The notes beneath the pieces were generated by a model. That model ran no database searches and was not told where the DNA came from. It worked only from the letters and a program-made list of their open reading frames with translations. From Antedon mediterranea (lineage: Eukaryota > Animalia > Echinodermata), in contig NC_092677.1 in NCBI RefSeq assembly GCF_964355755.1, positions 15,646,101 to 15,710,100 of the forward strand: a stretch of 64,000 nt of DNA. The letters run 5' to 3'. Of the stretch, positions 1-12,617 are shown in pieces. The first letter of the stretch is position 1. Each line of letters begins with the position of its first letter. A program made the position numbers and the translations under genes.

Positions 1-23
1 AAAGAATCCTCTTTTCCTGTTAA

Positions 24-3000
24 AGATGTATTGTCCCTTGAAACACAAAAAAATGAAGGTCAAAATATTCTAAATTTAAAGTGGCCATATCAAAGTAATA
101 TTAAAGTTATTCACTTTAAGTCGAAAATTTGAGCCAAAAACAACAAGTTTACGTAATTAACAGGTAAATTAATTTGATTACATTTCATCTGGAAAATCGT
201 CACGAGCGAAAGTAAACAAAGATTTCAAACCACATTAGTATGCATTATGTATCTATATATAAATTTACGTAAGGGCAAAATTCGCTAAATCGCGCCTTAC
301 TTCTAGAATGTTTACTCGATGGTATATACAGTTGGCTCATACTTTCGGTACTGATTTTAACCACCTGATGTAACCCTGTTTACTAATTAAATTAAGTTAG
401 ATAATTAGTTATTGACGATTAAAACGAATTTAGGTTCAAAGATTTGCCCCAAATAGGGGTGTTTTCCGATCGTGGTATACACTGTCTAATGGATGTCCAT
501 CTTGAAAAATACCCGCCACAAAAATGCGAGGAGGCTTCGCATTTTCCTATCTCCTCCTACGATAATTGTTTTTAATAGCTGAAAACCGGTTGAACAGCCA
601 GAGTACACCATCATAATGTTGAAGACAGGCCGATTTTCTTTAAAAAATACTATTTTGATAGATTTAATATACGATTATACAAATGTATTGATTTGCGATG
701 AATGGAACATCCCAATCTCTCAGTCTGCCAAAGTTTGGTTTAACACAAGTAGGTAAATTTATGAGCCCTTGGTTTAACACATACGGTAGGTAAATATATG
801 GGCCCTTTGAGAATAAACTTGCAATACTTTGACAATACTGTAAATACCTATTATATTAGATTAGATGTAATATAAAAATATATACAAATAAACTTTATTA
901 CTGACATTGTGGACAGGCTCTACTGTTAGATATATAAACACATTATTATATACAAATAAACTTTATACTGACTGTTCCTTCTCAACGTTTGTATTAATTA
1001 ATAATTACCAATAATATAAACGTCGTAGTAGTGTATCGTGACATGTACTTTAATATTTCAATCGATTATGACAGTGACAGTTTAACAAAGTATTAAATCG
1101 CAAATGTTTTACTGTATTTAGAGGTATATTATTTATAGAATATAGGCCTATACAACATGAAAAAAATATTTCGTTACTGAGTGGATAAAGAATATATTGA
1201 AAAAATGTTCCTCTTTGTACCTATCCGCTTTCCCATCCCTCAACCCTAATGTTACATACAAAACACAAATTGGGTTTCTTTAAATGAGTCCAAATAAAAA
1301 ATTTGGACTCATTTTGTGATAAGTTTCTCCTTCGGAAGTAATTCCCAGGGTGCTAATTTTAGTTGACTACATAAATCATCGTGTCTATTTATTCGTTTCT
1401 GTAAACGACAATGTATTATAGTCCTGCGGTACGTACATTTGAAATCGCCAGTTATGTTACGCTGAAATTACTGTATATTCGAGAACCATCTGTGGGCACG
1501 ACCTGATGGTACGCGAGCAAAGCGAGTGCTTCAAAGTAAATTTACGAAAGGGCAAAATTCGGTAAATCGCGCGTTATTTGTAGAATGTTTTCTCAATGGT
1601 ATATAAAGTTGGTTCGTACTTTTGGTACTGATTTTAACCACCTGATGTAACCCTGTTTACTAATTAAATTGAGTTCGATAATTAGTTATTGACGATTAAA
1701 ACGAATTTAGGTTCAACGATTTGCCTCAAATAGGGGTGTTTTTTTTAATGGATGTCCGTCTTGAAAAATACCCGCAGACAATAATGCGAGGATGCTTCGC
1801 ATTTTCCTATCTCCTCCTACAATAATTGTTTTTAATGTCTGAAAACCGGTGGAACAGCTCGAGTACAGCATCATAATGTTGAATGAAGACAGGCCGATTT
1901 TCTTTAAAAAATACTATTTTGATAGATTTAATATATATACGTTTATACAAATGTATTGATTTGCGATGAATGGAACATTCCAATCTCTGTTCCACCAGCG
2001 TCTATTCCCTCAGGCGTCGTAAAGGCAAGTACTGTATACTCATAACAGAAATTCGATCCATTTTTTTTTCAATCTGTGCTGCAGAGGTTGGATATAATTT
2101 TTTTTAAACGGATATTATGAGCTAGCGTTTTCACTCGCCGTATATTATGTACACATCTTTCTTATTGCAGTTAAACCACCCACATCATCACCCTTCCCTC
2201 ACTGGCATGAGTAGCGTTGTAAAACCAGTAGAGGATAGGCCTACGGTACATCACATGCCCTAAACGCAGAACAACTTTGGTGGGTAGGGTAGGAACCAAC
2301 TTAAGTATGAATTGGCTCTAAGAAACAATTGAAAACCATTAGGCCTACTAATTAAGTTGAGTTAGATAATTAAATATTTATTGACGATTAAATCGAATTT
2401 ATGATTTTCCCCGAATAGAGGTGGTTTTCACAAATTGTTTTACATTATATAAACATATACACGTTGTAGTGATGTATCGTTACATGTACTGTACTATTTC
2501 AATCGACTATGACGGTGATAGTTTCAACAAAGTATTAAATCGCAATGTTTTACTGTATGTAGTGGTATAGTATTTGTAAAACATGAAAACAATTAATATT
2601 TCGTTACTAAATGGATAAAGAATATATTTAAAAAGTGTTCCTCTTTGCACCCATCCTCTCCCCATCCCTCAACCCTAATGTTACATACAAAACACAAATT
2701 AAGTTTGTTTAAATTTGACTTAAACAATTGGTCTCATTTTGTGACAAGTTTCTCTTTCGGAAGTAATTCCCAGGGTGCTAATTTTAGTTGAGTACATAAA
2801 TCACAGTGTCTATTTTATTCGTTCCTGTAACCGACATGTATTATTTTCCTGCGGTACGTACATTTGAAATCGCCAGTTTTTTAACGCTGAAATTATTATG
2901 TATTCGAGAACCATCTGTGGGCACGACCTAGATGGTACGCGAGCGAAGCGAGCGTACCATCTAGTATGCTAAATTAGGATTGTTTAAAACTTGTCACGGT

Positions 3001-3287
3001 TAAGAAGGTATTTTCACACACAGATCATGAGGAAGTTTTATGATTATGCATACAGAGTAGCCAAACAAGCGCGTTTCATTATGGGATATGTTTGGATTGA
3101 AAACTTTGACTGGAAGTCAAAGTTATTTTTTAAACAAAAAAACGTCTGTATTTCAGTTAAATTTTTTTTTTTTCCAAAAATTTTTGGTGATAGTTAATAA
3201 CTATTATGATACTTCAAAATGACCCACCTTTTTTCGAAATCTTTTATTTTTAATTTTTTTTGAATTAGTCAAAGGGACAATACATCT
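24..3287. mobile_element. Kolobok-type non-autonomous DNA transposon (about 550 bp), split by a Helitron insertion
   Basis: TTAA|AGATGTATTGTCCC ... GGGACAATACATCT|TTAA. Halves 24-251 and 2965-3287 match the reverse complement of the intact copy at 57902-58448. TTAA target with AG termini is the Kolobok pattern. Confidence 0.8.
252..2964 (+). mobile_element. Composite (two-unit) non-autonomous Helitron
   Basis: A|TCTATATATAAATTTACG start and 3' hairpin CTAGATGGTACGC-gagcgaagcga-GCGTACCATCTAG|T, with no TSD. Unit 1 is about 252-1530 and unit 2 about 1537-2964. Confidence 0.88.
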
Positions 3288-3835
3288 TTAAGTAATTGAT
3301 AAAAATACAGTGTTTTGTTGATTTTGGAGTAAAAGAATTTTTATCCATTCAGGTATTTGCCTATTGCTTGTTCCTGGCAAGATTGTAATTTAAATTTGCC
3401 AAGTAAATTATTATTATTATTATAATTTTAATGAATTATATATTAATTGATTAGTGAATAATATATCAAAATATGAATAAAAGGTATGCTTTGTATAAAT
3501 AAGTTTGTTTAATTTAATTGTATTTATTTAATTATCTACATCATGTTTTTATCACAATTACATGGTATGCACTGAGTTACTAACAGAGCCTGTGCAAATG
3601 GTGCATATGACAATTAAGGCTAAAATAGGTCTTTGATACAACAAAATGGCACTTTCCATTATGTAGAAAATTATGTGACAATTTATGCTAGAATAAAGAC
3701 ATTGTTAGTTTAATATCGAGTTTCAGATCTGTTCATTGTTCCTGTACACAGTTGGCTGAACAAATTCAAAAGCAGTCTTAGGTAAATTTGAATGTAAACA
3801 ATAATACATTCACTTCTCACTCCACAAGCAGCATT

Positions 3836-5985
3836 ATTATACAGATTGCCTGCTTAGAGGTTAAATATAAGATTTGACATCCCTGAGGAAATGATATTTT
3901 GTTCGAGAGAATATATATTTCCCGAGAACATAATGCCATTCCCAAGGGGTTGTCAAATCTTATATTTTACCGGTGTAAAAGGCGATATCTGTTATATTAC
4001 ATAGCCAACAACAAGTTGAATATCTACTGCCGGGTCGGGTGTAGCTATAGGCCTCCTTGTAATGAGCCTGCCTAGTTAGGCGTTGCATTCACCTTACCTT
4101 GCGAAGAATAATATAGATAATTACTAATTAATGATTCCTTGGCAATAAAATATTCACTTAGGCTTAGGTCGTTTAAATGAAGAGAAGAATTTCCATCAAT
4201 AAGCCTACATTAATTATAATAATATTATTAAATAATATCAGGTAGGCCGCATCTATAATATAAATTTACGTAAGGGCAAAATTCGGTAAATCGCGCCTTA
4301 CTTCTATAATTTTTACTCGATGGTATATAAAGTTGGTTCGTACTTTCGGTACTGATTTTAACCACCTGATGTAACCCTGTTTACTAATTAAATTAAGTTA
4401 GATAATAAGTTATTGACGGTTAAAACGAATTTAGGTTCCAAGATTTGCCCCAAATAGGGGTGTTTTCCGACCGTGGTATACACTGTATAATGGATGTCCG
4501 TCTTGAAAAATACCCGCCACAAAAATGCGAGGAGGCTTCGCATTTTCCTATCTCCTCCTACGATAATTGTTTTTAATAGCTGAAAACCGGTTGAACAGCT
4601 AGAGTACACCATCATAATGTTGAAGACAGGCCGATTTTCTTTAAAAAATACTATTTTGATAGATTTAATATACGATTATACAAATCTATTGATTTGCGAT
4701 GAATGGAACATCCCAATCTCTCAGTCTGCCAGAGTTTGGTTTAACACAAGTACTGTAGGTAAATTTATGAGCCCTTGGTTTAACACATACGGTAGGTAAA
4801 TATATGGGCCCTTTGAGAATAAACTTGCGAGATTGTGGATAGGCTCTACTGTTAGATATATAAACACATTATTATATACAAATAAACTTTATACTGACAG
4901 TTCTTTCTCAACGTTTGTATTAATTAATAATTACCAAATATAAACGTCGTAGTGGTGTATCGTGACATGGTACTTTAATATTTCAATCGATTATGACAGT
5001 GACAGTTTTAACTAAACTAAATAAAGAATGTTCTCTAATATAATTAGGAATCTCTTGCCATACACGGGGAAAATTAGTGTACAATGAATATTTAAAAGAA
5101 ATAAATAAATAAATAAAATAAAAAAAGTATTAAATCGCAAATGTTTTACTGTATTTAGAGGTATATTATTTATAGGCCTATAAAACATGAGAAAAATATT
5201 TCGTTACTGAGTGGATAAAGAATATATTTAAAAATTGTTCCTCTTTGTACCTATCCGCTTTCCCATCCCTCAACCCTAATGTTACATACAAAACACAAAT
5301 TGGGTTTCTTTAAATGAGTCCAAATCAAAAACTTGGACTCATTTTGTGATAAGTTTCTCCTTCGGAAGTAATTCCCAGGGTGCTAATTTTAGTTGACTAC
5401 ATAAATCATCGTGTCTATTTATTTGTTTCTGTAAACGACAATGTATAGGCCTATAGTCCTGCGGTACGTACATTTGAAATCGCCAGTTTTGTTACGCAGA
5501 AATTACTGTGTATTCGAGAACCATCTGTGGGAACGACCTAGATGGTACGCGAGCGAAGCGAGCGTACCATCTAGTAAATAATAATTTGTCTTCTTCGAGG
5601 AGCCGAATCACCGGATGTTCAGCGCACCATGCGTACCATGTTACTACCGTGATTATTAACAAATCACAAACAGTCTTCCATCACATCTAGGGAGGACTAA
5701 TAACAAATGAGGGCGCTATGTATGCATAGTTTAAATAGTTTAGTTGATTAATTTCTTCAAGCAAATTGCGTGGCGCAACGGATGAAACATTGTCTTGTGA
5801 TGGTGTGACAAATCATCACAAGTTCAACTCCCAGTAGATGACTTTTGTTTATTTATCGCCAACCGCGAGTGTTGCCACACAAAAATTACACCTGTCAATA
5901 TCATCGATCCTCGCAGCGGTAGTCATGTGATGCAGTTTTAACCAATCACGATCACGTATTTACATAGGCTATGTAATATAATAAA
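3836..5985 (-). mobile_element. Helentron/DINE-1-like non-autonomous element hosting a nested Helitron
   Basis: 15-bp asymmetric subterminal inverted repeats TTATATTACATAGCC (3992-4006) / GGCTATGTAATATAA (5967-5981); long imperfect hairpin about 3837-3996 outside one of them (AATATAAGATTTGACA...TGTCAAATCTTATATT); small palindrome at 5961-5975. Outer boundaries are approximate. Confidence 0.6.
4252..5574 (+). mobile_element. Non-autonomous Helitron, subtype A
   Basis: A|TCTATAATATAAATTTACG...GCGTACCATCTAG|T; nearly identical to 252-1530; carries an extra insert of about 110 bp at about 5013-5125. Confidence 0.88.
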
Positions 5986-6810
5986 AGAGAGAGGTTTTTA
6001 TACTATATGATCCGAATATAATCCCATGCTCGAGAATAATCCCACCTAGTCTAATTCAAGTTAAATGTGTATAGTCTTATGGTGAATGCATTGTTAATGC
6101 AAACTGAATATAATTCCATCCTCTAATTTTGTACCCAGGGCTTCTTGGTATATATTCTTGGTAATTAATATACAGCAATTACCATTGGATCAGAAGACAT
6201 GCAAGATATTTAAAATACACAACAGTTTATTTAAATTATACCTATTACAGGGCCTCATGGGTAGGGTTTGAGCAAGTATGAGAGGAAAAGTAATATGATT
6301 TTAGGCATAGTGCCAAAGGATTTTAATTTGCATCACAATAGCAGCATATGATACACAATACTAGGTGACAATCCTGGATCCTGGGCTTGGTAGACAGGTA
6401 CCATGCTGCACATGGTCCCGAATCTGCATTGGCACCTTCATACGTATCATAGTATTGTAGTACACAGTTTACTGTATTACACTAGCAATTTACTGTACAA
6501 GTACATCTTATTTTATTTTATAAATTTCAGCAAACACATTTATACAAACATTCTGTCGCGTACCACTCAAAAACAAAAAAGCTAAAACGTAACAAAACTG
6601 ATTATAATAAATTTGTATGGTTCTACTAAAATAATTTGTTTAAATATCTTTTGCATTTGAACCATATATTAAAAAAGCTAAGCTCTAACCATATAAATTC
6701 AGTGGATTAAATGAAAAAAAACTAAAAAGAAATATTTTCATGCCTTCACAAGACCATAAGCTGGATTTTTATAGTGAGGATTTCTATTTCACGAAGGGGC
6801 AAAGGTCACC

Positions 6811-7240
6811 ATTCAATTCAATTCAATTCAATTCCTTTTTATTTTGGAAATATCATCCATATTAATAAACTAATAAACAGAAAAAAAAAAATCGTAAACT
6901 AAAGTATAAAGAATGCTTCTCCATCTACAATACATTTTGGAGTTATGGAGCATATGTTTGCAAACACAAGCAACAAGGATGTTACCACTATTCAACATAC
7001 GTTGCATGAAACCATAGGTAGATTTTCGCATGTACTCATTAAAGGAAGGGACACAATGTTCAATAAACATTGCACTGGCACTACTACTTCTAGAGACATT
7101 AAGTATCTGGCGCACAGTATTATTGTAGCATACATTAAGAGATCTAATATTCTTCATACGATAGTTACAACAAAGGGCTGCACAATACATATTAAGACAG
7201 TAAGATCTAAAGAGACAACATTTAACATTGGTAGAACATA
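6811..7240 (-). mobile_element. 5'-truncated non-LTR retrotransposon (3' end of ORF2 plus tail), probably RTE-X-like
   Basis: ORF VKCCLFRSYC..MYCAAL..NY...LNVCYNNTVRQIL...SASAMF....VPSF....RK..YGFMQR resembles the post-RT C-terminus of LINEs; followed by AATAAA and a (GAATT)n tail at 6811-6834. The clade call is from memory. Confidence 0.75.
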
Positions 7241-7372
7241 TCATACATTTCATTAGCTTAGTTATGGCTATTTACATTCACTACCACTGCTAGTGTCTAG
7301 TTTGAAAAGGTGACTTCAAAATTATATTACGGTTTTTTAATGAGATTATAAAAATGTTCTCCATAAACTTAC

Positions 7373-10300
7373 GTGGCATCAACCCTTCCTTCCAATGATG
7401 TTTCCCCTCTTGTAATAAAAGATGGCAATGTGACCGACACTTCAAACTTTGGCAGGACATACTCGCCAATGGTGAACACTTGGTATGCAGATACATCCTA
7501 TAGAAGAATACAGAAATGTATAGTAATAATAATATGAATGCAAGGCATGAACAAAAGTGCTAGATAAAAAAGCAGTGCAAAATTGATTAATAAACAACAC
7601 ATTTCATTTTTATACCACAGACTGAGTCATTAAGACGACATAAAAATGGAGGACATTCAGATTCATTATGACAACAATCAATATAAATACAAAACAATAA
7701 TGTGAGTTGCAAATAAAACCGTAAATAAGGTCAAAACCAGAAGAAAACATTTTTTCTTGTCCTGTTTAGACCTTAAAATTTGATAAAAATACAGATAAAC
7801 GATAACTATATGTCATAAAAAAATGAAACACATACATATATGGATAGTGAATATTATTGTTTAACAGAATAAAACAATCAGATTATAACAATAAATCATT
7901 GATTTTAAGAGGAATTGCTATTATTATAAGATGAGTTTAAGTAAATTGCGAAAAGAAGTACTGTAAGGCAATGACATTTATAAAAAGTATCATTTAAGAT
8001 AATAAAATAAGCATGCCATATGATTGTATTTCACCAAGCAACAGGATGCAAATACACGATTGTATCTTATATAATTTTTAATTTAATTAATAAGTTTTGT
8101 TTATTAAATATTTTTTTACATCAAAACGGATTGTGTTACTTACACCAGATGTTGCAGTGATACTCCAATCACCAAGTACTGGCTGAGTTGACATTGGTAA
8201 TTCTTCCACTACTACGCCTGTTGAGGGCGCTTGATAATCAGTCCACTGCTGGATCAGGTTATCTAATGGATCCTACATAACAAAAATAATTTGGCATTTT
8301 TTGTTGGAATAAAACAGTAATGTTATACATTTTCTGTTGAGCATTTAGTTGCATGCATGGCATTACAAATTTAATATTTGAATGATTTTCTGTTGAGCAC
8401 ACTGACATTTTTTCAATTTACGATTCAAATAAAAAAGTGTACAAGGTTTCCGAACAGAATATAACTCAAGTGATTGCATACAAAGAATCATTCTCACTCC
8501 TGAGGACGATCAAAGCATATTGATCGAAACATCGAGAAACTCAACAGAAACTCAACAGTTCTTTTCAGAACTACACGTGGTGTACCGCAAACTTTATATC
8601 AATAAACATAGAAAAAAATCAATACAAATTTAGGTTTTTTTTGTTTTTTTTAGTAGATTGGAGGGGGGGGGGGGGGTGAGAGGAGTTTTACAAGAAGTAT
8701 TATAAACCAAAAATATCCATAATCATAGTACCTTGATTTCAATGCTATAGTTCACCATCCGTTGAGAAAGGTCAGGGTTCACAGCAAAAATTCTGTAATT
8801 GACTATTAAAAGAAAGGAAAAATTGAAAAGGGTAATGGTTTAAAATAGTAAAAATATTTCAAAGCACTAAAAGACAGTACATAAATTGCAAGCTCCATAA
8901 TATGAAAAAATTGATTAAGCTCAGATTTAGCTAACAGGATATTGCTAACTATACTGTATGATCAAATGACTTCTAATAATCCATATCAATAAAAAATAAT
9001 ACAATATCACAAGTGTCTTTGTTATACTGTAAGAATGTCAGCTACTATATCTGGCATGTAAACTCTTAAGTTAATATTATTTTGTATAGTAAACTAAAAA
9101 CTAATTTTAATTTACACTTGATTACTAACATCGTCAATACCTGTAGGGTATAGGGTAGTTAGGTAGGTAGGTTTTTTTTTTTACTAAAAAAGAAAAAGAA
9201 AAAAACTGTAATCATTCGCTTTTATCCAGTATTTTTAAGTATGTTAAATGGTCTTGATTTCGGTTTAAATTTAAAATCAAAATGTTTCTAGTGTTGATCA
9301 TTTTTTGGCCAAATTCTCCATTCTAAAATAAACTGTCAAGTTGATATTATTATGTATATAAAACTAAGTTTAATTTACACTTTATTACTACACTATCAAT
9401 ACATACTCCTCTCTTTTATACATTTTGAAACTGCTTTTAATCTTTGTCTTGTCCTGTTTTATTTTTAGAGAGTCACATTTTTTTATCTTTTTTTCCTTAT
9501 ATCTTCTCTTGTGCCTTCTTTATACATTGTTATACAGGTATTGTTCTTTCAATTTCAGGTTTTAGGTTAAGGGACAACCGCTTGATAGGTGAACCTAATC
9601 CTATAGACAGTGGATTTACAGTACAGTAACATAGGTAATTAATACACTTAATTAAGTTAAGTTAAATGCAGTGACAATGATATCACTGTACTCTATAACT
9701 TTCAAATTTATTGAATCTCAATGAACAAACTATAACCACATGATGTACATTCATCCAACAACAAAAACAACACCACTGCCCTTACTTGTTTGTCCTGGTT
9801 TATAGATGGATTTATCAGTTTGAATGTAGATGGAAAAGCCTTTTGAAACAAACTTCAATATTTTCTCTTCTGTAAACTTAACACCATTTAGTCCTAAAAC
9901 CTCCAGAGTGTAAATTCCATCGGCAGTGACACTATCTGGTACCTAAAAAAAACTATTTGTTTATTTATTTTTTTCCACAAAAGCCACAGTACAATTTATA
10001 TATAACATATAATATCATAAGATTAACAATGTGTAAAAGAAGATCAAAATAAATACAAATTATTAATTGTATTAACATGAAAAGTAAGTATTAAATAATT
10101 TCAAATTCACAGTAAAGAGCACTAGATCAGGTTAATACGCCAGTTTTTCCCTAGTCAAAAATATAGGGTAGGTATTTTTTTTTGATTATTAAAAAAGAAA
10201 ATGAAAAAAATTGAACCAATATAAATCATTTGTTTTTATATATCTATATGTTAAACAGTCTTGATTTTGGAAAACATTTTTGCTTTCTTTTTTATTCTTA

Positions 10301-12617
10301 CATTTTTTTTCTTTAAAATAAATAAAAATGTCTAGGGTCGGGCATATTTTTAGAAATATCATAGCTATGCCATTCAAGCGCAAAATATTACAGATCTGTA
10401 TTGATGATGTAATTCATTAAAGTATAAGGGGCACTGAAGCATGAGCAATGTATTAAATAAAGAAGTCTGTGTATGGTATCAAATCGTTAGAATTAATTTG
10501 TGTACTAACTAGGTCAAAGTATGGAACAAGTTGAAAAAAAGTTTGATGAACCAAATAGATACATAAAAAAGAAAGTTTTATTTTTTTTTAAGTTAACTTT
10601 AAGTGAACATAATTATAAACCTACAAAAAATCGAATAAAAGTAAAAGTCAATACTACTGAGTTTTTAGTTAACATTTAACTGTTTATTATCTTTTTAATA
10701 AGTAGAATCGAAATTAATTTTTTTCTGGGCAAAGTGAACAACTTAACAAAACTACACAATAAGTTTAGTGTAGGGTATTGGTATTGTTCTGGCTTTCTTT
10801 TATATGAATAAAAAAAATTAAGAAATAACATAAATGCAGATTTTTAATCAAGCATGAGGAAGAGCTATTTATAGGCTTGCCCATCAAGAAAAAAAAATTA
10901 TTTCTTAAAATATATCTGTATAGCTAAAAAATGTTCATCTGGTTTTGAATATCCATGAGTTAGTACTGTCAAGCAGGTTAGTTGGCTAATTTTTGGTTTT
11001 TAAAAAATAACTACTAACTCATCTGGATAACATTAATCGGAAGAAAATTACAGCACTCATTTTAAATTAATGTAAACAGTAAAATATATTTTATTGATCC
11101 ACTTGATGCGATGTTGACCCATCACATTAAAGAAATAATATAACTATGCAAAAATCAATAAAATGAATGCACTCATCTAAATAATACGGTAGACTGGTAG
11201 CCCTGGCTTTAAAATAATTTAACAACCTGTATTGTACAAACCAAGGCACCTTGGAAAGTGTATTGTACTAGTGATACTGAATAGTTGGGAGTACCGACAC
11301 ACTTAAAAAAAATTCACTGAACTATAACTAAATAAATGTTGACAGTTAAAAAACAGGGTCTACTAGCACTGAATGTGTGAAACTAACTTATAATAGGAAT
11401 AGCATAACTGTTGTGCCTTGATTATTCATGTATCTGAGTCAACCCTTTCAAAACCACATCTTCTTGGGAAGGGTCCAAATGTAATTGTTTGCAGAAAACT
11501 TTGGAATGGTAGTGCAACTTTTAAAAACAAATCTGGTATTGGGAGGGTAGTCATGTTTGATTTTCTTTTCAGGTGTATTGACAGTATTTAAATAGGACCA
11601 ATAGTACTGTTTATCTAGGACCAATATACAGTAGGTGTCTATGAGAATGCCGACTTATCTATTTTGGACTACTTTATAGATAATATCTCCCACTGAATCA
11701 GACTAACTCTTTCTGCTGCAGAAATAATCAGTTAATGATTCTGTAGTTGCCTAATTTTTTGGGCAGCAGAAACAGGAGAAATTAAAAATAACCGCTTGGC
11801 ATTCGCAAAATAAAAGTTACAAACATCCACGTGTTGGAACAGAAATTCAACCAGCTATTGCAGTGAAACTATTAGCTGCAAAGGATGTTGACCCAACTAC
11901 TGTAGCATCTTGAACATTTAAATTGTTTTACAGAAATCTTTAAATCAAATTGGTAACATTTAAAATATATTCTTTCTTGAATCATGGCTTAATTCCCTCT
12001 TGTTATTTGGAATCAGTTTAATATTATGTTATTTAAACTCTTTAAATTGTTATAAACTTACAAAATTATTAAAAATAAGTTCAACACTCAGAATGAAATC
12101 TAAATTCTGAATATGAATAAATTAATAAATTGATTTTGTTGCAGATAGGCCTTACCTGTAATTCAATAGTATCAACAGTACTACCAATATAGTTTCGTAT
12201 AATTGATGCAACATTGATAGGCGAGGCAGAGTTTTTAATCGAGGCAGAGATGGTAAAAGACTCTTCCGCTTCAATGTTCATACTAAGAATGAGCGGCAAT
12301 CCAGGACGTATGGTATCAGGTGAAATGATAACATACCGTCTGTAAAAAATAACCAAGATTAATAAATAATAATGTATTAAAGATGTACTGTATTGTCCCC
12401 CAAAAATATGAACAATTAAAAAAAATTGTTCTCACTTTTTAAAACACATTTAAATAAATTCACATTCAATTATTGGGGACAATATATCTAAAAGATACAG
12501 TAGAATTTCTGGGGACACTTTCCTATTAGGTTTTTGTGATGTGAACAAAACTTACCCATAAGCCATGTGAATGAATCCAAACATAATGAAAAATATGGTT
12601 ACATAATTTAAGGCCAT
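7373..12617 (-). CDS. CD109: CD109-like thioester-containing protein (alpha-2-macroglobulin/TEP family), 5' part only: signal peptide, MG1, MG2, start of MG3
   Basis: Coding exons with GT-AG and matching phases: 12617-12556 (MALNYVTIFFIMFGFIHMAYG, signal peptide), 12339-12156 (RYVIISPDTIRPGLP...IELQ), 9942-9786 (...FSIYIQTDKSIYKPGQT), 8802-8732 (INYRIFAVNPDL...), 8272-8144 (DPLDNLIQQW...PVLGDWSI), 7497-7373 (...GEYVLPKFEVSV...). QTDKxIYKPGQ and EYVLPKFEV are hallmark A2M/TEP motifs. CD109 versus CPAMD8 or another TEP is not resolved. The gene presumably continues past the left edge of the window. Confidence 0.88.
8497..8536 (+). ncRNA. Minimal type I hammerhead ribozyme motif (Penelope-type relic, probably inactive)
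   Basis: CTC-CTGAGGA-C-GATCAA-agcata-TTGATC-GAAA-C-ATC-GAG: stem I CTC/GAG, CUGAnGA core, 6-bp stem II, GAAA, NUH. Stem III reads CATC where CGTC is expected. Confidence 0.6.
12381..12489. mobile_element. Short degenerate Kolobok-type MITE
   Basis: TTAA|AGATGTActgtaTTGTCCCC ... GGGGACAATATATCT; same TIR family as 24-3287. Confidence 0.55.

Noticed and set aside
1807-5690. Short ORFs at 1807, 2991, 4388, 4617 and 5508 (also 47451 and 48666)
   Set aside because: They lie within Helitron or MITE copies, the frames are not preserved between copies, and there are no Rep or helicase motifs.
6361-6480. Possible missing TEP exon (minus-strand open stretch YDTYEGANADSGPC...)
   Set aside because: No suitable acceptor in phase 2 and no similarity to the expected YTYGKPV region.
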